NCBI GenBank assembly: GCA_949291555.1 | Contig: CASEWE010000009.1 | Location: 111,349 to 175,348, forward strand | DNA from: an uncultured Bacteroidales bacterium | GTDB taxonomy: Bacteria; Bacteroidota; Bacteroidia; Bacteroidales; P3 | DNA: 64,000 bases | Reading direction: 5' to 3' | Part shown: piece by piece, positions 18,518 to 27,337 of the stretch | How the letters are laid out: the number at the start of each line of letters is the position of its first letter | How positions within the stretch are numbered: the stretch's first letter is position 1 | Translations under genes and position numbers: made by a program | Notes under the pieces: generated by a model | Told to the model about the DNA's origin: nothing | Database searches by the model: none | What the model saw: only the letters and a program-made list of their open reading frames with translations

Positions 18518-19486
18518 ATGAAAACACGAGGATTTCTGGTTCCGCTTGCCTGCATTGCGTTCGGGCTTTTCGCCCTTCCTCTTCCCGGTTTTCCCTCTCC
18601 CGAAGAAGGGAAAGGCTTGGAGAAAATCCCCTATGGCGACTTTGAAAGGTGGCTGACCCGGATTATCAAGGAGTCGGCCTTGGTGGGGGGCGAGGAAAAA
18701 GAGGTGTATGCCATTGCCGACAAGGGCGTGGTCCGGGGAAAGATACCCTATGTCAACACCACCTCTCCTTGGGCCAGTTCGAATGTTTACGCGGAGGTCT
18801 GGGGGGTAGACAAAGTGAATTGCAATGTCAGGCCCGGGCCGCATGAAGGCGGTTCTTGCGCCGTGCTGACCACCGAGATGATCAGTTTCCGCGCGGCGGG
18901 CATGATCCGGATGAACGTCATCACGGCGGCGGCCATTTATTTAGGCAGGACCTTCGAGCCTATCCGGGACATGAACGCCTCTTACAGCTGCGTGGACATG
19001 GGGATTCCTTTTACACGGCATCCCCGCAACCTGGTGCTCGATTACGCGGCCCGCATCGGCAACACGGGTACGCTTGTCCATGCTTCGGGCCGCAAGAAAG
19101 AAGAATATCCGGGCAAGGACAGGGCGGTAATCCTGATCCAGCTCCAGAAACGCTGGGAGGAAGACGGGCAGGTTTACGCCTACCGGGTAGCGACGGGCGA
19201 ATTGGCCATCAATCAGAGCGTGGACTGGCAGGAACAGGCCCGGGTCCCGCTTGTTTACGGAAAGCCGGAGAACCCGGAGGATTTGACGCAGTTCGGCCGC
19301 TTGCACAGCCAGTTCCATACGCGCAATTCGGAAGGGAAAAACGTGCCGATACAGGAAGTAGGCTGGGCGGAAGAAGGCACGCAAGCCACCCATTTGATCC
19401 TTTTCATTTGTTCGGGCACGCAAGGCGCCTATCGGGGCGAATTGGGCAACAGTCTCAGCGTGGATAACATAGCGCTCGAATATTGA
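18518..19486 (+). CDS. secreted PCMD-like (putative carbohydrate metabolism domain) protein
   Basis: 322 aa with a signal peptide. The pattern GDFERW...PWASSNVYA...AVLTTEM...GIPFTRHPRNLVLDY...DRAVILIQL resembles the Bacteroidota PCMD domain, from memory. Confidence 0.55.
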   Translation: MKTRGFLVPLACIAFGLFALPLPGFPSPEEGKGLEKIPYGDFERWLTRIIKESALVGGEEKEVYAIADKGVVRGKIPYVNTTSPWASSNVYAEVWGVDKVNCNVRPGPHEGGSCAVLTTEMISFRAAGMIRMNVITAAAIYLGRTFEPIRDMNASYSCVDMGIPFTRHPRNLVLDYAARIGNTGTLVHASGRKKEEYPGKDRAVILIQLQKRWEEDGQVYAYRVATGELAINQSVDWQEQARVPLVYGKPENPEDLTQFGRLHSQFHTRNSEGKNVPIQEVGWAEEGTQATHLILFICSGTQGAYRGELGNSLSVDNIALEY

Positions 19487-19535
19487 CGACGGGCTTCGTT
19501 TGCTTTGCCGAGGCGGGAAATCCGCCAAGGCAGGG

Positions 19536-19566
19536 AAAAGGCCGGGGGGAAAGCCCCCGGCCTTTT
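19536..19566. terminator. bidirectional rho-independent terminator
   Basis: aaaaGGCCGGGGG-gaaag-CCCCCGGCCtttt between convergent genes. 9-bp GC stem flanked by an A-run and a T-run. Confidence 0.75.
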
Positions 19567-19715
19567 CGATAAAGCCGGTTGGCCGGCAGCGAAAGAAGGC
19601 CCGTTCGCTTTTCCTGAACGGGAAGTACGGGCACGCTTGGATGCTGCAAGCAGGAAACGGCCTTTTTTCGCGAGGCAGCCTGGATGGAGTCCGGATTTGG
19701 AGAAGGGGGCGCGCT

Positions 19716-20276
19716 TCAGGCGTAATAGCCGTATGCTTTCTGGTAAATTTGCTTGCAGACGGCTTCGAAACCGGCTTCGAAATTTTCCCAGCCGTAATGC
19801 ATCAGTTTCATGGGCAGGAACCCGTCGCTTTTCCGGTAGGGCGGCTGGCGGTAGGCTATCGGGCAGAGGATAAAGCCGTGGCGCTGGTAGAATCCGATGC
19901 GCCGGCGGCTGAATTCGTCTGCAGGTTCTTCCACTTCCAGGACCAGGGGGGTGCGGATTTGGGTTTTGAGGGTTTCCAATACCCGGCCTCCCATGCCTCC
20001 GTTGCGTTTTTCCGGATCAATGGCAAGATGTTCCAGGTAGGTGAAAGGTTTTCCATCCATGCCCTTTGTGTCCTGGCCTGCATCGAAAGTCCATGCAGTG
20101 AGTAAGCCTGCCGGGCCGTCTTCTTCTATCAGGAAAACGGTAAAGCCGGTATCGGAATCGGCCAATTGCCTTTGCAGGTCGTCATCCCGGCGTTCCTCGG
20201 GCGGGAAAGCGGAATGCAGGAGGTTTTCCACGAAGGGATAGGCAGGATGGGAAGTCTTGACGGGAACAAGTTTCAT
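19716..20276 (-). CDS. GNAT family N-acetyltransferase
   Basis: 186 aa. Acetyl-CoA-binding region LAIDPEKRNGGMGGRVLETL and YQRHGF. Confidence 0.85.
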   Translation of the reverse strand: MKLVPVKTSHPAYPFVENLLHSAFPPEERRDDDLQRQLADSDTGFTVFLIEEDGPAGLLTAWTFDAGQDTKGMDGKPFTYLEHLAIDPEKRNGGMGGRVLETLKTQIRTPLVLEVEEPADEFSRRRIGFYQRHGFILCPIAYRQPPYRKSDGFLPMKLMHYGWENFEAGFEAVCKQIYQKAYGYYA

Positions 20277-20376
20277 CTTTCAGTTCTTATCAGGTTGTTA
20301 ATCGTTGTTTTGCCCGTTGGAATAGGGTTTGAAAAGGAATTCGCAATTCGCGCGTTAGGGTTTCTTCAAGTTCCTC

Positions 20377-20403
20377 GGGCTCTTCAGGCTCTTCGGGCTC
20401 TTC
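20377..20403 (-). repeat. 3 x 9-bp tandem repeat (GAAGAGCCY on the - strand)
   Basis: + strand reads gggctcttc/aggctcttc/gggctcttc. It lies inside a possible small acidic ORF encoding PEEPEEPEEPEE. Confidence 0.8.
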
Positions 20404-20580
20404 CGGTTTACCGGCCTCTTCAAGCTCGCCGGGGTTCATCGGGTGCATCCGGCGCCGGCTCTCCCGGAAAAGGGAAAAAGGCTCGGGGAAGCGGGATGCC
20501 GGCATCGATTGCCAGGTGGCGTGCAAAGAGGGCCAGGCAAATCCAGCCTGGCCCTCCTTTTTTCTTGCAAGAAGCCGGTT

Positions 20581-23439
20581 TTAGTCCAAGCGGCATTGCA
20601 GGTTGCGATCGCCATAGGCATCGTCTACCTTGCCCACCGTAGGCCAGTATTTGTCATCGTGCGGGAGCGGGAATGCGGCCTGCTGGCGCGAATACGGGTA
20701 GTTCCATTGGTCGGCGCACACCATCTGCTGGGTGTGGGGCGCGTTCTTGATAAGGTTGTTTTCGCGGTCGGCCCTGCCTTCTTCGATTTCGGCAATTTCC
20801 TTGCGGATGGCGATGAACGCGTCTGCCAGGCGGTCCAGCTCGGAAAGCGGCTCGCTTTCGGTGGGTTCCACCATCAAGGTCCCGTGCACCGGGAAAGCCA
20901 CGGTAGGGGCATGGAAGCCGTAATCCATGAGACGCTTGGCTATGTCGCCCACTTGCACATTGGCGCTCATGAGGAAGGAATTGCAGTCCAGGATCATTTC
21001 ATGGGCATTCATGCCTTGCTTGCCCGTGTAATAAATCTTGTAATGGTCTTTGAGACGGGCGCGCAAGTAGTTTGCGTTCAGGATGGCGTAGACGGTGGCG
21101 GAAGTCAGGCCTTCCGCTCCCAGCATGCGGATGTAGCCGTAGGTGATGGGCAGCAGGAACGCGCTCCCGTAGGGCGCGGAGGAAACCGCCGGCCGGCCGG
21201 TATGGCTTACGGGAACAAGGGTGTGGTCGGGAAGGAATCCGGCCAGATGCTTGGCTACGCAGATGGGGCCTACGCCCGGGCCGCCGCCGCCGTGGGGCAT
21301 GGCGAAGGTCTTGTGCAGGTTGAGGTGGCAGACATCGGCCCCCATGTAACCGGGCGAGGTAAGCCCTACCTGGGCGTTCATGTTCGCTCCGTCCATGTAG
21401 ACTTGGGCCCCGCAGGAATGCACGGTCTTGATGATTTCCAGAACGGCTTCCTCGAACACCCCGTGCGTGGAAGGATAGGTTATCATCAGGCAGGAAATCT
21501 CTTTGCCGTATTGCTCCACTTTGGCTTTGAGGTCTTCCACATCGATTTCCCCTTCGGGCGTGGAGGCCACCACGACCACCTTCAAGCCGGCCATGGCCGC
21601 CGAAGCCGGATTGGTGCCGTGGGCGGAGGCGGGGATAAGGCAGATGGTGCGGTTGCTTTCCCCTTGGGCTTCCTGGTAAGCGCGGATTACCGACAAGCCG
21701 GTGTATTCGCCGGCAGCACCCGAATTGGGCTGGAAGCTGGCTTTGGCAAACCCGGTAATTTCGCAAAGATCTTTTTCCAAGCGGTCGATGAGGCTATGGT
21801 AGCCTTTTGCTTGCTCGGCGGGCGCAAAGGGATGTATGTCGGCGAAACCCGGCAGGCTCAGGCACATCATTTCGGCCGCCGCGTTCAGCTTCATGGTGCA
21901 GGAGCCTAAGGGAATCATGGCGCGGTTGAGCGAGAGATCTTTTATTTCCAGCTTCTTGATGTAGCGCATCATTTCGGTCTCGCTGTGGTAGGTGTTGAAC
22001 ACAGGGTGCTGCAGGAACGGCGTATTGCGGGCCAGATCGGCGGGAATATCGTCCAGGGCTTCGTGCCGGCAATGCCCGTGGCAGCAGTTGCCCTTATGGC
22101 ATACCCGTTCGTTTTTCGTGGCATCGGCCAGGATGCCGAGAATGTCGTGCAGGTCGTCTTCCGAGGTGGTTTCATCGAGGCTCAGGCTGAAATGCTTGTC
22201 ATCGATGTAATTGAAGTTGATGCCGGCTGCAAGGGCGGTTTCGCGGATGGTTTCGGTCGAAACCGGGCTTTCGAAGCAGAGGGTGTCGAAGAATACCGTG
22301 TTGAGCTGCTTGAAGCCGAAGCCGGAGGCGCGCTTGGCAACGCGTTTTGCCATGGCGTGGATGTCGCAGGCAATGGCCATGATTCCATCGTGGCCGTGAT
22401 AAACCGCATACATGCCCGACATCACGGCCATCAAGGCCTGGGCGGTGCAGATGTTCGAAGTGGCCTTGTCGCGCTTGATATGCTGTTCCCGGGTCTGGAG
22501 CGCCAGACGCAGGGCGCGGTTGCCTTGGGCATCGACCGTGATTCCGATGATACGGCCGGGAATGGCGCGTTTGAAGTTGTCGGTGCAGGCGAAAAATCCG
22601 GCCGAAGGGCCGCCGAAGCCCAGCGGAAGCCCGAACCGCTGGCTGTTGCCGAACGCGCAGTCGGCCCCCTCTTCGCCCGGGGCGCGCAGCACGGCCAGCG
22701 CCATGAGGTCGGAGGCCACGGCCACCATCGCGCCGGCTTCATGGGCCGACTGGATGAAGGGCTTCAGTTCGTGCACTTGCCCTTGGCGGTCTATTTGCTG
22801 GACGATAGCCCCGAAGACTTCCGGACGGAACTTGAAATCTTCCATCCGGCCGGTTTCGAGCTCGATTCCCAACAAATGGGCCCGGGTCTCGAGCACGCTC
22901 AAGGTTTGCGGGAATACCCGTTCATCCACGAAGCATACGCGGGCATCGGCTTTCACTTTGTCGCGGTTGCGGCTGTGGTAGAACATGATCATGGCTTCGG
23001 CCGCGGCAGTGCCCTCGTCGAGCAAGGAGGCATTGGTAAGGGGAAGTCCGGTCATGTCCGAGACCATGGTCTGGTAATTGAGCAGGGCTTCCAATCGGCC
23101 TTGCGAGATTTCGGCCTGGTAGGGCGTGTAGGCGGTGTACCAGCCCGGGTTCTCCAGGATGTTGCGCGTGATGACCGCGGGCGTGATGCTCCGGTAGTAC
23201 CCCATTCCGATATAGGAACGGAATACTTGGTTCAAGGCTGCTAATTCATGAAGATGGCCAAGGTACTCGTATTCGGTCATGGCAGCCGGCAAATCGAGCG
23301 GCTGCGGCAGGCGGATGGCCGAGGGGACGGTTTTTTCAATGAGTTCGTCCAAGCTTTTCACCCCGATGACCGAAAGCATTTTCTCTGTCTGTTCGGGACT
23401 GGGGCCGTTGTGGCGGCGGGCAAAATTGTTGGTGATCAT
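20581..23439 (-). CDS. gcvP: glycine dehydrogenase (decarboxylating), single-chain P protein
   Basis: 952 aa. Full-length collinear resemblance to GcvP (FARRHNGPS..., TAYTPYQAEISQGRLEALLN, NLHKTFAMPHGGGGPG). Confidence 0.97.
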   Translation of the reverse strand: MITNNFARRHNGPSPEQTEKMLSVIGVKSLDELIEKTVPSAIRLPQPLDLPAAMTEYEYLGHLHELAALNQVFRSYIGMGYYRSITPAVITRNILENPGWYTAYTPYQAEISQGRLEALLNYQTMVSDMTGLPLTNASLLDEGTAAAEAMIMFYHSRNRDKVKADARVCFVDERVFPQTLSVLETRAHLLGIELETGRMEDFKFRPEVFGAIVQQIDRQGQVHELKPFIQSAHEAGAMVAVASDLMALAVLRAPGEEGADCAFGNSQRFGLPLGFGGPSAGFFACTDNFKRAIPGRIIGITVDAQGNRALRLALQTREQHIKRDKATSNICTAQALMAVMSGMYAVYHGHDGIMAIACDIHAMAKRVAKRASGFGFKQLNTVFFDTLCFESPVSTETIRETALAAGINFNYIDDKHFSLSLDETTSEDDLHDILGILADATKNERVCHKGNCCHGHCRHEALDDIPADLARNTPFLQHPVFNTYHSETEMMRYIKKLEIKDLSLNRAMIPLGSCTMKLNAAAEMMCLSLPGFADIHPFAPAEQAKGYHSLIDRLEKDLCEITGFAKASFQPNSGAAGEYTGLSVIRAYQEAQGESNRTICLIPASAHGTNPASAAMAGLKVVVVASTPEGEIDVEDLKAKVEQYGKEISCLMITYPSTHGVFEEAVLEIIKTVHSCGAQVYMDGANMNAQVGLTSPGYMGADVCHLNLHKTFAMPHGGGGPGVGPICVAKHLAGFLPDHTLVPVSHTGRPAVSSAPYGSAFLLPITYGYIRMLGAEGLTSATVYAILNANYLRARLKDHYKIYYTGKQGMNAHEMILDCNSFLMSANVQVGDIAKRLMDYGFHAPTVAFPVHGTLMVEPTESEPLSELDRLADAFIAIRKEIAEIEEGRADRENNLIKNAPHTQQMVCADQWNYPYSRQQAAFPLPHDDKYWPTVGKVDDAYGDRNLQCRLD

Positions 23440-23882
23440 ATCGCTTTTGTTTAATTATCCTGCAAAGGTTTCTTCCGAAAGCCTTCCGGGCTTCATCTTG
23501 AAACATTTTCCTTAAGGTTCCTGTTCGGGAAACGACAGCGCGAAATTACGAAACTTGCCTAAGTATTTCCTGCGGCGGCCCAAGTTTTTTCCGGTCGCTT
23601 CCCCTTCCGCCGAAGGGTCTGGGGAAGCGCAGGGAGCTCTTCGGGCTTTTTCCGGTTCGAGGCTTCGCGGCCATGAACGGACGCAGCATCGGGAAAGAGC
23701 GTTTCGGGCTTTCCCGGGTCAAGGCCGGTTCTGCCCGGAGACAGGGGGCGGGGAGATCCGGTTGCGGCTGCAAGGCTCTGGCCGGCTTCGGCTGGGTTTG
23801 GGCGTCTCTTTGCACCCTGGTAAGCGGGGGATGCCGTGTGGCCGGGGCAGGTCCATGCCGGCCAGAGACGGAAAGGGGCTGC

Positions 23883-24569
23883 CTACCGGATGCGGCTGCC
23901 GTGCTTGCGCCAGTAGCGGATCAGGAAGAAACCGAAAATCATGCCGCCCAAGTGCGCGAAATGGGCAACGCCGTCGGCGGTTCCTCCAATGCCGGCAAAG
24001 AGTTCGATGGCCCCGTAGATGATCACGAACCATTTGGCTTTGATCGGGATGAAGAAGTAGAGGAAAATAGGAACGTTGGGGAAGCACATCCCGAAAGCCA
24101 GCAGGATGCCGAAAACGGCGCCCGAGGCTCCGATGGTGACGATCCGGTCCACGTATTGCGCCACGGCTTGAGGCGGGTAGGCCAACGAAAGGCTGTGGAT
24201 GTCGAACGCCACCACGGCCATCTGGATGAGGCCGGCCCCGATGCCCGTGATGAAATAATAGGCCACGAACCGCTTCCAGCCCCAGTAGTTTTCCAGGGCA
24301 TATCCGAACATCCAGAGCGCGAACATGTTGAAGAACAGGTGGGAAAAGTTGCCGTGCATGAACATGTACGTGACGAATTGCCAAGGATAGAAGTCCGTTG
24401 CCGTGAAGTAATGCAGTCCGAGCCAGCGGGAAAGATCAATGCCCCTCAGGGCTAAGGTTATATCGGCAAGATAAAATAACACATTGATTATCAATATGTT
24501 TTTTACAGCAAGCGGTAGGAAGCTGAATCTTTGTACGCGGTAGGTGTCGTTGTACGGGTCGTTATACAT
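23883..24569 (-). CDS. rhomboid family intramembrane serine protease
   Basis: 228 aa, polytopic. Catalytic GASGAVFG and HFAHLGG motifs. Confidence 0.9.
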   Translation of the reverse strand: MYNDPYNDTYRVQRFSFLPLAVKNILIINVLFYLADITLALRGIDLSRWLGLHYFTATDFYPWQFVTYMFMHGNFSHLFFNMFALWMFGYALENYWGWKRFVAYYFITGIGAGLIQMAVVAFDIHSLSLAYPPQAVAQYVDRIVTIGASGAVFGILLAFGMCFPNVPIFLYFFIPIKAKWFVIIYGAIELFAGIGGTADGVAHFAHLGGMIFGFFLIRYWRKHGSRIR

Positions 24570-24658
24570 GTTTTTTTGTTTCTTTTATTCCTGTTCCCGT
24601 TTCCGGGCTTATGGCTTTTCTTGCATCTGCCTTGCAGCGGCCCTTTCGGGGAGAAAGT

Positions 24659-24745
24659 CCGGTAATGTTCCCCGCTCCGGGATGCGCCGCGTTGCCTCTT
24701 CCTCTATCGGACCCGCGAAAAAGGCCGGTAATATTCCCCGCTGCG
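24659..24745. repeat. pair of 21-nt direct repeats (19/21 identical) 66 nt apart
   Basis: ccggtaatgttccccgctccg (24659-24679) and ccggtaatattccccgctgcg (24725-24745). Both are preceded by a gaaa(a)g stretch and lie between the mutL stop and the rhomboid start. Confidence 0.7.
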
Positions 24746-24799
24746 CCTATTCCCGGAAAAAGGGTTCCGGAGGCTTCCGCTCTTGCGGGCTTCTTTCCG

Positions 24800-26905
24800 T
24801 CAAGGGCTTGTGGCCGAAGGGTCTTGCGTTGAAAATTTGTCTATCGCGGGTTTGTTTGCCAAAGGCTTTTCTATCACAGGCCTTTCCGTTACAGGCTTTT
24901 CTGCCAAAGGCTTTCCTGTCCAGGGAAAGGGGTCGTTGAACAAGCTTGCGAAGTCTTTTTCGGAAATGATCCAGAGGATCCGTTTCCCGGACGGGGAAAT
25001 TTCGGGTTCGGGACCCGAGAAAAGCCGGTTGGCAAGATAGAGTATTTCTTCCTGGCAGAGCGGAGTGCCTTGTTTCACGGCCAATTGGCGGGCCATGGCG
25101 GCCGGCAGGGAGGCTGCCGAGCCGGCATTCTTCCCTTTGAGGAGGTTCGCGGCATAATCGTCGAGCAGGTTCTCCATGCTTTCCTGCACGAGGCTTTCCT
25201 GGATGCCGGCCGGGAAAGCGTTTACCATGAACGTGTTTTGTCCCAGCCATTCGATGCTCCATCCCAAGTGGTTGAGCATCTCCCGCACATCCCGCAGCAA
25301 TTCGGCATGCGAGGCCGACAGGTCGATTGTCTGGGGAAAGAGTGTGCGTTGGGAAAGCCGGGCGGTTCCGGTTTTCTGGACAAGGTCGTTGTAAATCACT
25401 CTTTCGGAAGCGGCTTCCTGATGGAGGATGGCCAATCCCGATTTGAGCGGCGCAACGATATAGCGGTCGAAAATCTGGAAGATCCTTGACCCGCTTCCTC
25501 CCTTTTCCTTTTCCGGATCTCCGGAAGGAATACGGCTTCCGGGTTCCCGGGCTTGGGCCGTTTCTTCGGCGGGCAGGGGAAAAAGCGGGTCGAGGCGGGT
25601 ATCGGACAGGATTTCCTCGTAGCAATCCAATACCAACTGGTTGGGCGCGGCATCGCCGGCTCCTTGCTGCATCAGGGCGAAGTTTTCCCGGTAAGCTTCC
25701 CGGTAGGCGGCATCCGTTCCGGAGGCGTTGCCGGCGTTTCCATGCGGGAATGCCGGGGATATCCCGGAAAAGGAGGCGTTCTCGCCCGGATTGGGATTGG
25801 TGAATGGATCGTATCCGGCGTGCAGGCGGGGCTTGGGTATGCCGGGCATCTGGTTTTTAGGCTGGTAACGGTAAGGCAGGGCTTGGCTCGACTCGAAATC
25901 CAAGACATTGCGCATCTGATTGATGCCCAAGGCATGCTTGCAAGCCGAGAGCACCACGCCGTAGAGCAGGTGCTCGTCTTTGAACCGGATTTCGGTTTTG
26001 GTGGGATGGATATTCACATCGATGGTGGCCGGGTCGGTCTCGATGTAGAGGAAAAAGGCAGGGGACTTCCCTTCGGGAAGCAGGTCCTGGTAGGCCTTTT
26101 CCACCGCGTTCGAAAGGCCGGGATGCCGTATGAAGCGGCGGTTGACGAAAAAGAATTGCTTGCTGCGGCCCTTGACGGAATAGTCGGGGCTGCACAGGTA
26201 GCCCGAAATGCTCAGGGACGGAATGGTTTCGGACACTTTCACGATGCGGCTCTCGAAGGCCTTTCCCATGAGCTGCACGATGCGGCGTTTGAGATTGCCG
26301 GCGTCCAGCATGGAGACCTTTTGCCCGTTCCGGTACAGGCTGAAACGGATTTGCGGCTGGGCAAGCGCCACGCGGTTGAACTCGTCTTCGATGTACCGGT
26401 TCTCCACCTCGTTGCTTTTGAGGAATTGCCTGCGCGCGGGGGTGTTGAAATACAGGTTCTTCACCTTGATGCAGGTGCCTTCCGGGCAAGAACAGGCTTC
26501 CACCGGCCCGAGGCGGTTGCCTTCTATCCTGACCGAAGTCCCGATTTCGTCCCCTTTCCTGCGTGTCTGGAGTTCTACTTGCGCCACGGCGGCAATCGAG
26601 GCCAAGGCTTCCCCCCGGAAGCCGAGCGTGCGGATTTGGAGAAGGTCTTGCGCCGAAGAAAGTTTCGATGTGGCATGGGGCAGGAAGCAGGCTTGCGCGT
26701 CTTTTTCCGACATGCCGCACCCGTTGTCGACCACTTGTATCAGGCTTCGTCCGGCATCTTGCACATGCAGCTCGATTTCGGTAGCGCCTGCATCGATGGC
26801 GTTTTCCAGGAGCTCCTTCACGGCCGAAGCCGGCCGGTTGACCACTTCGCCGGCCGCAATCTGGTTGGCAACGGAGTCGGGGAGTATGTGGATGAGATTC
26901 TCCAT
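24800..26905 (-). CDS. mutL: DNA mismatch repair endonuclease MutL
   Basis: 701 aa. N-terminus ILPDSVANQIAAGEVVNRPASAVKELLENAIDAGAT. Full-length MutL architecture plus an unusual C-terminal repeat tail. Confidence 0.95.
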   Translation of the reverse strand: MENLIHILPDSVANQIAAGEVVNRPASAVKELLENAIDAGATEIELHVQDAGRSLIQVVDNGCGMSEKDAQACFLPHATSKLSSAQDLLQIRTLGFRGEALASIAAVAQVELQTRRKGDEIGTSVRIEGNRLGPVEACSCPEGTCIKVKNLYFNTPARRQFLKSNEVENRYIEDEFNRVALAQPQIRFSLYRNGQKVSMLDAGNLKRRIVQLMGKAFESRIVKVSETIPSLSISGYLCSPDYSVKGRSKQFFFVNRRFIRHPGLSNAVEKAYQDLLPEGKSPAFFLYIETDPATIDVNIHPTKTEIRFKDEHLLYGVVLSACKHALGINQMRNVLDFESSQALPYRYQPKNQMPGIPKPRLHAGYDPFTNPNPGENASFSGISPAFPHGNAGNASGTDAAYREAYRENFALMQQGAGDAAPNQLVLDCYEEILSDTRLDPLFPLPAEETAQAREPGSRIPSGDPEKEKGGSGSRIFQIFDRYIVAPLKSGLAILHQEAASERVIYNDLVQKTGTARLSQRTLFPQTIDLSASHAELLRDVREMLNHLGWSIEWLGQNTFMVNAFPAGIQESLVQESMENLLDDYAANLLKGKNAGSAASLPAAMARQLAVKQGTPLCQEEILYLANRLFSGPEPEISPSGKRILWIISEKDFASLFNDPFPWTGKPLAEKPVTERPVIEKPLANKPAIDKFSTQDPSATSP
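24842..24916 (-). repeat. 15-bp-period coding repeat (pentapeptide [E/N][K/R]Pxx x5) in the MutL tail
   Basis: The tail reads GKPLA-EKPVT-ERPVI-EKPLA-NKPAI. The DNA shows repeated aggcttttct/aggcctttcc units. Confidence 0.75.
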
Positions 26906-26927
26906 GCTTTGCGGGTTCGGAAAGATT

Positions 26928-27203
26928 CTAACGCAGTATCCAGAGCAGGAGAATAACGAGCAAAGCCATGAAAATCAATAATTTTCTTGTACTCAAAAGC
27001 CCTTTCGGCCGAGGGCTCCTCTGGAAAGACTCGCTGATGCGGGCTTTCGCTTCCGCCAGTTGCTGTTCTTCCGAGGTCTTGGGCTCGTATTTTTTTTTCA
27101 ATTGTTCCAGACGTTCCTTTTCCGGGTCGTAGTACCGCGGATTGATGTTGAATTGGCGGCGCTTCGGCGTAGGGAAGAAATTGGGGAGGAAAGATGCAGC
27201 CAT
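26928..27203 (-). CDS. small C-terminally anchored membrane protein (hypothetical)
   Basis: 91 aa from ATG 27203. Charged N-terminal half, then TM helix LLIFMALLVILLLWIL. Ends 22 nt before the mutL ATG and has a TACCTTTG box upstream. Confidence 0.5.
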   Translation of the reverse strand: MAASFLPNFFPTPKRRQFNINPRYYDPEKERLEQLKKKYEPKTSEEQQLAEAKARISESFQRSPRPKGLLSTRKLLIFMALLVILLLWILR

Positions 27204-27272
27204 GGGTCTTTTTTTGAAGGTTGGGATTTTGCCGGCCCTGCGGGAGCATGGCCCGGACCTTGGGGCCGGCGG

Positions 27273-27280
27273 CAAAGGTA
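27273..27280 (-). promoter_or_regulatory. Bacteroidota -7 promoter box TAnnTTTG (TACCTTTG on the - strand)
   Basis: + strand caaaggta, about 70 nt upstream of ATG 27203. Confidence 0.4.
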
Positions 27281-27337
27281 CGAAATCCGGGAAAGGTATT
27301 CTTCTTTTCCGCTTCTCTGCTTTTCCAGGAGCGTTCC

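Noticed and set aside
20443-23244. 488-aa and 419-aa + strand ORFs
   Set aside because: Both are antisense to gcvP, with Gly/Ala/Val/His-rich nonsense composition.
23440-23882. Glycine riboswitch in the 443-nt region upstream of gcvP
   Set aside because: I read the - strand for the conserved GGAGAG...CCGAAGGGGCAA...CUCAGGCAAAAGGAC elements. Only loose resemblances were present (GCGGAAGGGGAAGC; ACUUAGGCAAGUUUCG), with no supporting P1/P3 pairing, and a near-consensus AACCTTTG box lies only ~30 nt from the ATG. An Infernal scan with the glycine riboswitch model would settle it.
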